Below are positions 1 to 9,907 of a stretch of DNA of 64,000 nt, piece by piece; within the stretch, counting starts at the first letter, position 1; every line of letters begins with the position of its first letter. Location of the stretch: assembly GCA_029931975.1 (NCBI GenBank), contig JAOZQY010000001.1, positions 24,003 through 88,002 of the forward strand, read 5' to 3'. Position numbers and translations under genes: made by a program. The notes under the pieces were generated by a model. The model did not search any database. It saw only the letters and a program-made list of their open reading frames with translations, and was not told where the DNA came from. Source of the stretch: Bacteroidales bacterium (GTDB taxonomy: Bacteria; Bacteroidota; Bacteroidia; Bacteroidales; GCA-2748055).

Positions 1-1
1 G

Positions 2-598
2 GCCAACCGGGAAACCAAGGATGAACGCTACCGCTATGTGGTAGGTATATCGGGAGAATCGGGTTCAGGAAAATCTGAGCTGGCTCATACTCTGGGTACT
101 TGTTTGAAGTCACATCATATCAGGGTGAAAGTGATTCATACCGATAACTATTACAGAATTCAACCTCTGTTGCGGGAGGAGTGGCGCAGGAACAAGGGCT
201 TTGATAAGATTGGGCTTGGAGAATACGACTGGGTTAAGATAAGGAAAACACTGAGGGATTTTAGGGAGGAGCAGGAGTGTATGATTCCCTGCATCGACCT
301 GATTCCGGAACAGGTGGATAAGCTGATTACCGATTTCAGCAAGATTGATCTCCTGATTTTGGATGGGCTCTATGCCATTGGGGCCAAGGATATTGATATG
401 CGGGTTTTCATTGACCTTACCTACCACGAAACAAAGATCAACCAGATTATTCGGATGAAGGAAGCCATGAGCGAATTCCGAATGGGTATCCTGGAACATG
501 AACACCAGGCAGTGTGCACATTGAAAGAGTCTGCCGACCTTGTGGTGGATAAATCCTACCAGGTGGTTACCATGAAAGAATATCTAAAAGGGGAATAA
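2..598 (+). CDS. P-loop kinase of the uridine kinase/phosphoribulokinase family (5' end outside window)
   Basis: The frame is open from base 2, with no stop upstream of listed ORF 38..598. Walker A GESGSGKS is followed by HTDNYY, a pattern typical of uridine-kinase/PRK-like kinases. Recognised by eye only. Confidence 0.55.
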   Translation, partial: ANRETKDERYRYVVGISGESGSGKSELAHTLGTCLKSHHIRVKVIHTDNYYRIQPLLREEWRRNKGFDKIGLGEYDWVKIRKTLRDFREEQECMIPCIDLIPEQVDKLITDFSKIDLLILDGLYAIGAKDIDMRVFIDLTYHETKINQIIRMKEAMSEFRMGILEHEHQAVCTLKESADLVVDKSYQVVTMKEYLKGE

Positions 599-607
599 TT
601 TTTTGAG

Positions 608-976
608 ATGGAGATTCCCAAGATTTTATACGTGGATGATGAAATCATCAACCTGGAGTTGTTTCAACTCACCTTCATGAATGTTTTCCAGGTGCTTGTT
701 GCTGAATCGGCAGAAGAAGGGCTGAAATTACTGGCGCTGAATTCCGATATCCATGTGGTTATTGCCGATCTGAAGATGCCCGGGATGAACGGAATGGACT
801 TTATCAAGGAGGCAAAGAAAATGAACCAGGAGAGGGTGTGCATGTTGCTCACAGGTTTTATGGAACCGAATATTATGATGGAGGGATTAAATAAGGAGTT
901 AATATTCAGATATATATTGAAACCCTGGAATAAGGATGAACTTGACGAGAATATCCGGGCGGCTCTGAATCATTAG
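608..976 (+). CDS. Single-domain response regulator (CheY-like receiver)
   Basis: Carries the acidic pair YVDDE, the phospho-acceptor context VVIADLKMPGMNG, LLTG and KPW. Lies 9 nt downstream of the kinase-like gene. Confidence 0.85.
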   Translation: MEIPKILYVDDEIINLELFQLTFMNVFQVLVAESAEEGLKLLALNSDIHVVIADLKMPGMNGMDFIKEAKKMNQERVCMLLTGFMEPNIMMEGLNKELIFRYILKPWNKDELDENIRAALNH

Positions 977-1069
977 TTTTTTTGGTAGTTCATTATGTCC
1001 AGTCTACCTGCCAATGCGATAGGCGAGCTTCAGCAGTACAGCCTTGGTAGAATGAATATCCCAACGTAA

Positions 1070-1681
1070 TTACAGGGCGGTGATTATTGATATTTTATGG
1101 ATGACCACTGGCTCTTGCAGGTATTGACCCTCATCGGGCAGTATCTGGATGGCCCTCACAACATCCATACCCTTAATTACTTTCCCAAAGGCAGCAAAGC
1201 CCTGTCCGTCAGGATTCCGTTTACCCCCAAAATCCAGAGATGGCTGATTGCCAATGCAGATAAAGAATTCAGAGGAGGCACTTCCCGGTTTATTACGTGC
1301 CATGGAGATTACTCCGTCGGTATGCAGAATTCCTGTCTCCCGCGTAGTCTCATGGATGATGGTTGGAATTGTATCCACTATTTCATCACGGAAAAGGCCA
1401 CCCTGAATCACTTCGATTTTCACCTTGTTATGTGGCTGGTTGTCCATTCGAACCACTCTGTAGAAGACGCTGTTTGTATAATCTCCTTTCTCAACATGAG
1501 ACAGGAAATTGGTGGCTGTTACAGGGGCCAGTTTCGGATAGAGTTCAAGGGTGATATTTCCCCGATCAGTGTTAATCACCACCATGGGATCGGACCGGTC
1601 GCAGGAGACCGGTCCAATCAGCATGATGAGTAATAATATAGCTGTGAGTCTAACCCAGTTTATGTTTCTGAATAAATTCAT
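1070..1681 (-). CDS. Cyclophilin-type peptidyl-prolyl cis-trans isomerase, probable lipoprotein
   Basis: Cyclophilin motifs are present: NITLELYPKLAPVTATNF, FYRVV, ISMAR, SEFFI. The start was moved to Met16 (MNLFRN...LIGPVSC lipobox) to limit overlap with the downstream gene. Confidence 0.85.
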   Translation of the reverse strand: MNLFRNINWVRLTAILLLIMLIGPVSCDRSDPMVVINTDRGNITLELYPKLAPVTATNFLSHVEKGDYTNSVFYRVVRMDNQPHNKVKIEVIQGGLFRDEIVDTIPTIIHETTRETGILHTDGVISMARNKPGSASSEFFICIGNQPSLDFGGKRNPDGQGFAAFGKVIKGMDVVRAIQILPDEGQYLQEPVVIHKISIITAL

Positions 1682-2990
1682 TAAGTACAAACTCCAGGTT
1701 GGGTTCACCAATCTCCTGCAGGTCATAATAAACCCTTGTATTTGGCTTTTTAATGTTGATTACCCGATTCAGGTCGATGGGTGTACCAATAATTACCGAA
1801 TCACAATCTGAATTGTTAATGGTAGATTCCAGGTCCTTCAACTGTTGCTCTCCATAGCCCATGGCAGGAAGCAGGGTCCCAATATTCGGGTAAATCTCGA
1901 AGGTTTCGGAGAGTTTTCCAACGGTAAATGGCCTGGGATCGACCAGCTCGGCGGCGCCATACTTCCGGGCTGCTATCACACCTGCTCCCAGCTTCATTTC
2001 TCCGTGGGTAAGTGTTGGTCCATCTTCCACCACCAGTACTTTTTTACCTTTGATTATGCCCGGATTATCCACCCTGATGGGCGATGCCCCATCAATTACC
2101 GTGGCCCCCGGATTTACTTTTTCAATACTTTCCCTGACAATCTGAATGCCTTCGGGAGAGGCACTATCCATTTTATTGATTACGATGGCATCGGAAGTGC
2201 GAAGCACCACCTCTCCGGGATAGTAGTCTAATTCATGTCCGGGCCTGTGTGGATCCACCACACCAATTGTCAGATCAGGCTTATAAAAGGAGAAATCGTT
2301 GTTCCCCCCGTCCCAGAGAATCACATCACATCCATCCGGATCAACTTCGGCTGCCCGTACAATGGCCTCATAATCGACCCCTGCATAAATCACATTTCCC
2401 CTGACCACGTGGGGCTCATACTCCTCCATCTCTTCGATGGTACATTTATGAAACTTCAGATCCTCCACTGTGGCAAACCGTTGCACTTTTTGTTCCATCA
2501 GATCGCCATAGGGCATCGGGTGCCTGATGGCCACAACCTTTAGTCCTTTTTTCATCAGTAATTCAATTACCCTTCGGGATGTCTGGCTCTTTCCGCAACC
2601 AGTTCTTACCGCGCAAACCGAAATAATTGGTTTGCTGCTTTCAATCATGGTATCATTGGTTCCCAGCAGTGTGAAATTTGCTCCTGCCGCATTTACTATG
2701 GCGCTGATGGCCATTACTTTATGGTAAGGAAGGTCGCTGTACGAGAAGACACAGGTTTTAACCTTCAACTCTTTGATTAACTGTGGCAGTTGATCTTCGG
2801 GGAAAATGGGAATCCCTTCCGGGTAAAGCCTTCCTGCCAGTCCTGTCGGATACTTCCGCCCGTCAATATCTGGTATTTGTGCTGCGGTAAATGCTACCAC
2901 ATTGTACTCCTCAACCTCTCTGAAATAGGTATTAAAATTGTGAAAATCTCTTCCGGCTGCTCCGATGATAAGAATATTCTTTCTGTTCAT
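1650..2990 (-). CDS. Cyclic 2,3-diphosphoglycerate synthetase-like P-loop protein
   Basis: 446 aa. N-terminus NILIIGAAGRDFHNFN and internal CAVRTGCGKSQTS P-loop, recalled as typical of the cDPG-synthetase-like family. The assignment is from memory, not a search. Confidence 0.55.
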   Translation of the reverse strand: MNRKNILIIGAAGRDFHNFNTYFREVEEYNVVAFTAAQIPDIDGRKYPTGLAGRLYPEGIPIFPEDQLPQLIKELKVKTCVFSYSDLPYHKVMAISAIVNAAGANFTLLGTNDTMIESSKPIISVCAVRTGCGKSQTSRRVIELLMKKGLKVVAIRHPMPYGDLMEQKVQRFATVEDLKFHKCTIEEMEEYEPHVVRGNVIYAGVDYEAIVRAAEVDPDGCDVILWDGGNNDFSFYKPDLTIGVVDPHRPGHELDYYPGEVVLRTSDAIVINKMDSASPEGIQIVRESIEKVNPGATVIDGASPIRVDNPGIIKGKKVLVVEDGPTLTHGEMKLGAGVIAARKYGAAELVDPRPFTVGKLSETFEIYPNIGTLLPAMGYGEQQLKDLESTINNSDCDSVIIGTPIDLNRVINIKKPNTRVYYDLQEIGEPNLEFVLNEFIQKHKLG

Positions 2991-3172
2991 TTGTAATTGT
3001 ATTTAGTGTTCGACAATCTCAAATTTATGCGAATATCCCTGTCGTTATACTGAATATGCTGTACAATAGCAATTGGTGATAATTATGTAGAATAACTTGC
3101 AAACAATTGCGTAATATTATATTAGGGATTTTTCGAATATTTATTCCGAAATTCGAAAAAGTTTAATGAGAA

Positions 3173-3790
3173 ATGAATTTTCTGGCACACACATATCTAT
3201 CAGGTTGCAATGAAGAGATCATTGTTGGAAATTTCATGGGCGATTATGTGAAGGGGAGGAAATACCTACTCTTTCCCGAGCAGGTAAAAAAGGGGATCCT
3301 GATTCATCGCGATATCGATTCCTTTACCGATATGCACGAGATAACAAGGGTCAGTAAACAGAGGATTGCGGCCAGGTATCATAAATATGCCGGGATTATA
3401 ACGGATATTTTTTACGACCATTTTCTGGCATCGCTTTGGGATAATTACTCTACTTTGCCACTCAACCAGTTTGTAAACCGGACCTATGACATATTGAAAC
3501 GTAATTACAAGGTATTGCCCGATGCCATAAAGAATTGGTTTCCCACCTTTCTGGAAAACAACTGGATGATGGCTTATACTACGGTCGATGGCATTGAACT
3601 GGTTTTGGAGCGGATGTCGGCAAACACTTCTCTTCCCGACCATTCAGCCTATGCAGTTGAAGTCTTAAGAGATCAGTATTCCGTTTTTATGGAGGATTTC
3701 CTGGAATTTTTTCCTTTGATCATACAGTTCCTGGAAGAAAAATACGAGATTGATATTTCGGTACAACGAAACGGCTATCCTGATTGTTAA
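3173..3790 (+). CDS. acpH: Acyl carrier protein phosphodiesterase
   Basis: N-terminus MNFLAHTYLSG and a length of about 200 aa are typical of AcpH. Confidence 0.75.
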   Translation: MNFLAHTYLSGCNEEIIVGNFMGDYVKGRKYLLFPEQVKKGILIHRDIDSFTDMHEITRVSKQRIAARYHKYAGIITDIFYDHFLASLWDNYSTLPLNQFVNRTYDILKRNYKVLPDAIKNWFPTFLENNWMMAYTTVDGIELVLERMSANTSLPDHSAYAVEVLRDQYSVFMEDFLEFFPLIIQFLEEKYEIDISVQRNGYPDC

Positions 3791-5139
3791 GCGTACTGCT
3801 TTTTCTCAGTAGTTAAAGTTTGCCCCGGAAGCTTATCAACTTTCAGTAGTTTTTCATACTCCTGCTCATAGAAAAACTCTTTTTCTCCAAATGCAGGAAC
3901 CAGGTCATCCAGCCATTGTGCCTGAGAATCAAAAGCAGCAAAGAAAGGTTTGCCCACCCATTCTGGATTCCTGCCCTGCAGGAACTCCAGCACAAATACT
4001 TTTTCACCCTGAACTTCAGTGATTCCAACAATGCGCACTTTTCCGGGGCCTGCTGACATACTTGGACCTCTGACAGTCCTTCCAATACCACTAACCTGCT
4101 GATAAGCTTCATTAAAAATCCGGTGTGCCTCTTCCAGGCTTACTCCAAAATAAGATTGGGCTCCGGTATCTCGTGCCACAAACATATAGTAGGGAATAAT
4201 TCCCAGGTTCACCTGTTCTTTCCACATATGGGCCCATACAGCCGGCTTGTCATTAATATGCTGTAGAAGGGGTGACTGGCTTCGGATTTGTGTGCCGGTC
4301 TCCCTGATCCGTGCGATTGCCTCTTTGACAGCATCCGTTTCAAGTTCGCGCGGATGGTTAATATGGGCCATTAGCGCCAAATGGATACCCCGGTCGTTGA
4401 CCTTGCGAAACAGATCAAGCAATTCCTTTGAGTCCGGATCACTAAGGTACCTGTAGGGCCAGAATGAAAGGGATTTTGTACCAATACGTATTGTTTTTAA
4501 CTGGGGAAGGTCTGCATTCAGAAAAGCATTAATATACCGTTCCAGCATTTCTGTTTTCATTATCATGGGATCGCCACCGGTGATCAGGATATCTGTGATG
4601 GACGGATTCTCTTTCAGGTATGAAATCACCAGGCTGGTTTGTTTCATGGCAAATTTAAGCTCATTTAGGCCTGTGAACTGGGGCCATCTGAAACAGAAGG
4701 TACAGTAAGCATGGCAGGTCTGCCCCTGTGAGGGGAAGAAGAGTATTGTTTCCCTGTATTTGTGTTGAATTCCGCTTAGCTTTTCACCCTTCAGGGTAGG
4801 TATATTGTGTTCAAGCTGACCGGCTGGATGGGGATTCAGGTTGAGCTGAACTTCGTGAATATACTTGGCCAGATCTGCTTTGCTGACATTGTTTTCCACC
4901 AAAGCGGAAAGGGCTTTGAACTGGGAGGGTTTAAGCATCTCCTTCTGTGGAAAATTGAGGATAAACATGGGATCCTCGTGGTAGTTGTCCCAATCAATCA
5001 ATTCATTGATAACGTAATTATTGGTTTTGAATGGTAGTACTTCTGATACTATTCTAATTGACTGGATCTGCTCCTTACTGAGTTTCCCATAGATGGGGAT
5101 TTTATCTAAATTATGTCGTGCGTATACCTGATATTTCAT
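3787..5139 (-). CDS. KamA-family radical SAM aminomutase-like protein
   Basis: CxxxCxxC cluster CHAYCTFCFRWPQF, followed by DILITGGDP and the HINHPRE region typical of lysine 2,3-aminomutase relatives. Confidence 0.8.
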   Translation of the reverse strand: MKYQVYARHNLDKIPIYGKLSKEQIQSIRIVSEVLPFKTNNYVINELIDWDNYHEDPMFILNFPQKEMLKPSQFKALSALVENNVSKADLAKYIHEVQLNLNPHPAGQLEHNIPTLKGEKLSGIQHKYRETILFFPSQGQTCHAYCTFCFRWPQFTGLNELKFAMKQTSLVISYLKENPSITDILITGGDPMIMKTEMLERYINAFLNADLPQLKTIRIGTKSLSFWPYRYLSDPDSKELLDLFRKVNDRGIHLALMAHINHPRELETDAVKEAIARIRETGTQIRSQSPLLQHINDKPAVWAHMWKEQVNLGIIPYYMFVARDTGAQSYFGVSLEEAHRIFNEAYQQVSGIGRTVRGPSMSAGPGKVRIVGITEVQGEKVFVLEFLQGRNPEWVGKPFFAAFDSQAQWLDDLVPAFGEKEFFYEQEYEKLLKVDKLPGQTLTTEKKQYA

Positions 5140-5263
5140 AAAAACATTCTCTGGATTTGGCCGGGGGCATTTTTCCGGCGAATAGCAAAGATATGGAAAA
5201 TCGAGGAAAATTAAAAGAAATCCCCCTCTCTGGAAACATAATACAGGCTTAATCGAACCTTGT

Positions 5264-6688
5264 TTATCTCAATAATTCGAGCCTGCTGGCATCCAGTCTG
5301 AGGAATATGAAAAGGAACATGGTGAAAGTCCAGAGTGATGATCCTCCGTAGGAGAAAAATGGTAAGGGGATTCCAATAACCGGCAGTAATCCAATGGTCA
5401 TCCCGACATTTACAATGAAGTGTATAAGTATAATGGAAATAAAGCCATAGCCAAAAATCCTGCTAAAAGAAGACCTCTGCCTTTCTGCCAGAACAATTAT
5501 TCGCAAAAGGAATCCCACATAGAGCAGGATGACAAAGCTGGTACCAAGGAAGCCCCACTCTTCACCCACGGTGCAGAAGATAAAATCGGTACTCTGCTCC
5601 GGTACAAAATGGAGCTTGGTCTGGGTGCCGTTCAGGTACCCCTTTCCGGAAAAGCCACCGGAGCCAATAGCAATTTTTGATTGATTTACATTATATCCCA
5701 CTCCCTGGGGATCATCCTCTATTCCAAGGGTTACATAGATCCTGTGCTGCTGATGTGGTTTTAGCACATTATTCATTGCAAAATCAACCGAGATGATAAA
5801 CAGGATGGAAATAAGCAATCCGGCCAGGATTTTCATTTGCACGTATTCTCTCAGCCGGAACCCATTGATAGTAATTATTACTGCAACAGGAGTCAGGGCA
5901 GCAAGCCCCAATACAAACAGGGAAAATTCGGTTTGAAGAAGATAATTTACACCAAAAAGAATGCCGAACAATGCAGCTACAATCGCAGCATTTACTGCCC
6001 CTTTCTTAAAGGACCTGGCAATAATCATAGAGAGGATCAGGGTAATGGAAAACAGGATCAGGAGAAGCAATGCTTTTTCGAGCAGAAGGGTGGTAAAAAA
6101 CAGCAGTCCCAGGGCAGCCAGCATCATCATGATATTGGATGAAAAGCCCTCCCTGAAAAGTACCAGGAGAAAGGCTGAGTACACCAGCACTGATCCCAGG
6201 TCTGGTTGAAGCAGTATCAGCATGGGAGGTGCAGCAATGATGGCAAAGGCTTTGATAAGATGCCAGAACCTCCTGATATTGTAATTGTGAGAGGTGAGCA
6301 GATTGGCAAGAGCAAGAGCGGTGATGGGTTTGGCAAATTCAGAGGGCTGAAGTTGAAAACCTCCGATGATGAACCAGCTTCTGGCCCCGTTGATCTCCTT
6401 TCCAAATACCAGGACGCCAAGCAGCACTCCCAGCAGGACGATGTAGAGCAGATAGGAAAAGTAGATATAGAATTTGGCATCCAGCACCAGCATAAGCATG
6501 GCCAGGAGCAAAGAGGCTCCTATCCAGATCAGTTGTTTTCCGAATCGCTGGGAGAAATCAAAAATACCCCCGTGGGCCTCCATAATATTGGCAGAATAAA
6601 TATTCATCCATCCAAAGCTGATCATTAGCAGCCAGAGCAAAATAGTGACCCAGTCAAGGTTGGCAACTATGCGATTCCTTTGTACCAT
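5264..6688 (-). CDS. rodA: Rod shape-determining protein RodA (SEDS family)
   Basis: Polytopic membrane protein with QPSEFAK, TDFIF and the GIPLPFFSYGGSS motif. Sits immediately downstream of mrdA. Confidence 0.9.
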   Translation of the reverse strand: MVQRNRIVANLDWVTILLWLLMISFGWMNIYSANIMEAHGGIFDFSQRFGKQLIWIGASLLLAMLMLVLDAKFYIYFSYLLYIVLLGVLLGVLVFGKEINGARSWFIIGGFQLQPSEFAKPITALALANLLTSHNYNIRRFWHLIKAFAIIAAPPMLILLQPDLGSVLVYSAFLLVLFREGFSSNIMMMLAALGLLFFTTLLLEKALLLLILFSITLILSMIIARSFKKGAVNAAIVAALFGILFGVNYLLQTEFSLFVLGLAALTPVAVIITINGFRLREYVQMKILAGLLISILFIISVDFAMNNVLKPHQQHRIYVTLGIEDDPQGVGYNVNQSKIAIGSGGFSGKGYLNGTQTKLHFVPEQSTDFIFCTVGEEWGFLGTSFVILLYVGFLLRIIVLAERQRSSFSRIFGYGFISIILIHFIVNVGMTIGLLPVIGIPLPFFSYGGSSLWTFTMFLFIFLRLDASRLELLR

Positions 6689-6695
6689 AAGCTCC

Positions 6696-8564
6696 TTAAT
6701 TGTTTTGAAGTGTATCGTTCACTATACTATCCTTTTTTCTGGCAGGTGCCACCGGTTGGATGAGTTGCTTGACCCAGTTCTCATACCATGTTCTTTTCAC
6801 TTCTCCAGTTAGATATTTCTCAATCATCAGGCTGGCAATGGGAGCAGCATAAGTAGTTCCAAATCCTTGGTTCTCCACATATACAGCAATGGCAATCTTT
6901 GGGTTTATTTTGGGAGCAAAGGCGATGAAAATCGAGTGGTCATTGCCATGGGGATTCTCAGCGGTACCGGTTTTCCCGCAAACGGTGATGCCTTCTATTT
7001 TCGCATTCCTTGCCGTTGAACCTGCTCCGCCGTTGATTACCAGGTCCATCCCGTCCACAATGGGGCCATAGCATGATGTGTCAATGCTGGTATAATGTTT
7101 TTTGGCGTAAGCTTCATCTATGCTTTCCTCTCCTTCAATCTCACTGATCAGGTGGGGTGTGATATAATAGCCCCGGTTGGCGATAGTGGCGGCCATGTTG
7201 GCCATCTGCAAAGGAGTAGCGAGGAGTTCACCCTGCCCTATTGCCAGGGAACGAATGGTGAGATAGTTCCAGTGATTCTCTCCATAGATCCTGTTGAAGT
7301 AGTCAGAAGTTGGAATATTTCCATTCAGTTCATTGGTTAATTCTATGCCCAGGGACTGTGCAAAACCCATGGAGAGCAGGTGCTGACGCCAGTTGTCATA
7401 GGCCTCTGCTGCGGAGGCGAACTTAACATCTTGCAGAATGCTTTTCAGTACATTGATAAAGTAGGTATTACAGGAGTTCTGGATGGCTTCAATCAGGTTC
7501 AGCGGGGTTTCATGAAGGTGGCACGCGGTATGAATATTTCCCACATAAAATCCGTAATAACAATGGTGCTCGGTCTTCTTTGTGATTACCTTCTCTTGCA
7601 GGCCAATGAGGCCCATGATTGTTTTAAAAGTGGAGCCTGGTGGATACTGGGCCATCAATGCCCTGTTAAAAAGAGGATTCAATGTGTCGGTGGCCAGTTT
7701 ACCGAATTCAACACCAAGGCTCCTGCCAACCAGTAGATCGGGAGAATAGCTGGGTGCACTTACAAGGGCCAGTACCTCTCCGGACTTAGGTTCAAGGGCA
7801 ACCACACTTCCCACATAGTGAGACATCAGCTCTTCCCCATAGGCCTGGAGCTCCATGTCCAGTGTGGTGGTCAGGTTTTTCCCTACTTCAACGCTTACGT
7901 CCAGCTTTCCCTCCTCGTAGGATTCAATGGCCTGGTTATGCACATCCTTCAGAAAAATATCTTTCCCTTTTTGTCCCCTCAGATACTCTTCATATGCTTT
8001 CTCCACACCTGATACACCGATATAATCACCCATTTGATAATATGGATCCTTGTCCAGGTGGTCCTGGTCCACTTCCCCTACATAGCCCAATGCATGAGAT
8101 GCAATGGGACTGGTATACTCCCTGAGGGTGCGGGTTTGCACATACAGACCGGGAAACTGGAACATTTTTTCCTGGAGAAGTGCTGCATTTTCATAGCTTA
8201 CCTGTTTCATAAAAACAGAGGGTACCCGGTATGAATAAGATTTGGCTGAAGACAGCCTTTCCCGGGCACTTTCCCGGGTGATTTTAAGTATTGCGCATAG
8301 CTCCGTGGTATCAAAAGTCTCCAGCTGACGGGGTATAACCATAATATCGTAGGCGGCCTTGTTATAGACCATGATCTTTCCAGTACGATCATAAATCAGT
8401 CCCCTGGCCGGATAGATTGTCCTTACGCTCTGGGCATTGCTCAGGGCATATTGCTCATAAGAATTATCCATGACCTGGATATGGAACAGGCGGATCATAA
8501 ACAGCAATCCAACGAGGATGATTGCTGCAGCAAAAACATACCTTCTGTCCCTGTACTGGTTCAT
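6696..8564 (-). CDS. mrdA: Penicillin-binding protein 2 (transpeptidase)
   Basis: Has the STFK (PPGSTFKT), SCN (SCNTYF) and KTGTA motifs and an N-terminal TM anchor. Lies within the mre cluster. Confidence 0.9.
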   Translation of the reverse strand: MNQYRDRRYVFAAAIILVGLLFMIRLFHIQVMDNSYEQYALSNAQSVRTIYPARGLIYDRTGKIMVYNKAAYDIMVIPRQLETFDTTELCAILKITRESARERLSSAKSYSYRVPSVFMKQVSYENAALLQEKMFQFPGLYVQTRTLREYTSPIASHALGYVGEVDQDHLDKDPYYQMGDYIGVSGVEKAYEEYLRGQKGKDIFLKDVHNQAIESYEEGKLDVSVEVGKNLTTTLDMELQAYGEELMSHYVGSVVALEPKSGEVLALVSAPSYSPDLLVGRSLGVEFGKLATDTLNPLFNRALMAQYPPGSTFKTIMGLIGLQEKVITKKTEHHCYYGFYVGNIHTACHLHETPLNLIEAIQNSCNTYFINVLKSILQDVKFASAAEAYDNWRQHLLSMGFAQSLGIELTNELNGNIPTSDYFNRIYGENHWNYLTIRSLAIGQGELLATPLQMANMAATIANRGYYITPHLISEIEGEESIDEAYAKKHYTSIDTSCYGPIVDGMDLVINGGAGSTARNAKIEGITVCGKTGTAENPHGNDHSIFIAFAPKINPKIAIAVYVENQGFGTTYAAPIASLMIEKYLTGEVKRTWYENWVKQLIQPVAPARKKDSIVNDTLQNN

Positions 8565-9068
8565 CTATTTACGGAATACAAAATACTGGCTGAGTACAAT
8601 GGTTGAGGTGGAAAGAATTGAACTCAGTATCACCCGGAGCAAGGTACTTAAAAAATGTTTCAACTGGAATACCTCCAGGTAGAAGAGAGCCAGATGATGA
8701 ACAAGTACAATTAGCAGGGTGTATTTCAGAAACCAGAGGAAACCGTAATAGTGGATCCTGGGGAAAGTCTCTGCTTCATAGCCATCACGGGGGGCAAGTA
8801 AATCAAGCAAATAGGGACGGACGAATGCTATAAGGATGCTTGCAGCAGTATGCATCCCGAGGGTTCCTGTAAACAGGTCCATAGTTAGTCCCAGTGCAAA
8901 GCCGGCAAGGAGTTGCATCCACCTGGGTGTTTCAAAGGGCATCAACAGGATGAAAAGGAGATAGATATATGGAATCATATATCCATTGATCATCACATTA
9001 TTCATAACCAGTACCTGGAACAGGATGACCACAACAAAGCGGAAGATATTTCTGGTCAGGATATACAT
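8565..9068 (-). CDS. mreD: Rod shape-determining protein MreD
   Basis: 167-aa polytopic membrane protein between mreC and mrdA. Shares one base with the mreC stop (TAATG). Confidence 0.75.
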   Translation of the reverse strand: MYILTRNIFRFVVVILFQVLVMNNVMINGYMIPYIYLLFILLMPFETPRWMQLLAGFALGLTMDLFTGTLGMHTAASILIAFVRPYLLDLLAPRDGYEAETFPRIHYYGFLWFLKYTLLIVLVHHLALFYLEVFQLKHFLSTLLRVILSSILSTSTIVLSQYFVFRK

Positions 9069-9886
9069 TATCTGTGTTGGTTTTCCAGGTTTAACTGCTC
9101 TTCCTGCCTGTAGTTGCGGATTACATTTACATGATAGAGGCGTTGAAAATCGGTGAAAAGTTCAATCCTGATATCATAAAAATTCCCCTTGTCCAATGAA
9201 AATGACTCAATCCTTCCAACCTTGATTCCCTCAGGAAAGATGGATGAAAATCCACTGGTCAGAATGGTATCTCCCGCTGCCAGCTCCACATGAAATGGTA
9301 TCTCGTTTAGTACGGCATATCGGGGAGAGCTGCCATCCCACTGGAGTATCCCTGAATAATTGTTTGATTTAATCTTTGCGCTTAATCTGAAATCCCTGTT
9401 AATTAGTGGAATGACCGTTGCAAAGTTGGCTGAACTTTCGAGGACAATCCCCACCAGGCCCTGGTCAGAAATAACCCCCATATCCCGAAATACTCCCTGT
9501 TTCTTACCTTTGTTGAGGGTCAGGTAGTTATACTGTTTGAAGATGCTGTTTTGAACGATTCGGGATTGAATGAAGAAATAATGATGCCCTTCCCTTAAAT
9601 CACTGATTACTGTGGCGCTATCAAGATTGGAACTTAGGATATCAAGCCTGTTCCTCAGCTTAAGATTCTCTTCAGAGAGCTGCTGGTTGACCTCTTTAAG
9701 TGAGAAATACTCTCTTGCCCCATCCACTTTGCTGTAGATATACCCGGTGGTCTGTCGGTTCAAAGCAATTAGTTTGGATCGCTGAAAACCACTGCCCTGT
9801 ACCATAAGCACAACTGCAATTATCTCCAGTAACAGAAACAAAAGCAGATTGGAGTACTTTTGGATGAATCTGAGCAGTGTCCTCAT
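9068..9886 (-). CDS. mreC: Rod shape-determining protein MreC
   Basis: N-terminal TM helix, then a coiled coil (LSEENLKLRNRL), then a beta-rich domain. Position directly after mreB. Confidence 0.85.
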   Translation of the reverse strand: MRTLLRFIQKYSNLLLFLLLEIIAVVLMVQGSGFQRSKLIALNRQTTGYIYSKVDGAREYFSLKEVNQQLSEENLKLRNRLDILSSNLDSATVISDLREGHHYFFIQSRIVQNSIFKQYNYLTLNKGKKQGVFRDMGVISDQGLVGIVLESSANFATVIPLINRDFRLSAKIKSNNYSGILQWDGSSPRYAVLNEIPFHVELAAGDTILTSGFSSIFPEGIKVGRIESFSLDKGNFYDIRIELFTDFQRLYHVNVIRNYRQEEQLNLENQHR

Positions 9887-9907
9887 ATGCTATATGCAAA
9901 CCCGATC

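Noticed and set aside
1097-1633. 178-aa ORF on the plus strand
   Set aside because: It is antisense to the cyclophilin gene, which has clear family motifs.
3787-3790. Convergent gene pairs whose stop regions overlap (acpH/kamA-like 3787-3790, recJ/HhH gene 54496-54499, flavoprotein/small secreted protein 38782-38787)
   Set aside because: This is common in compact bacterial genomes. Nothing in the sequence suggests antisense regulation beyond the overlap itself.
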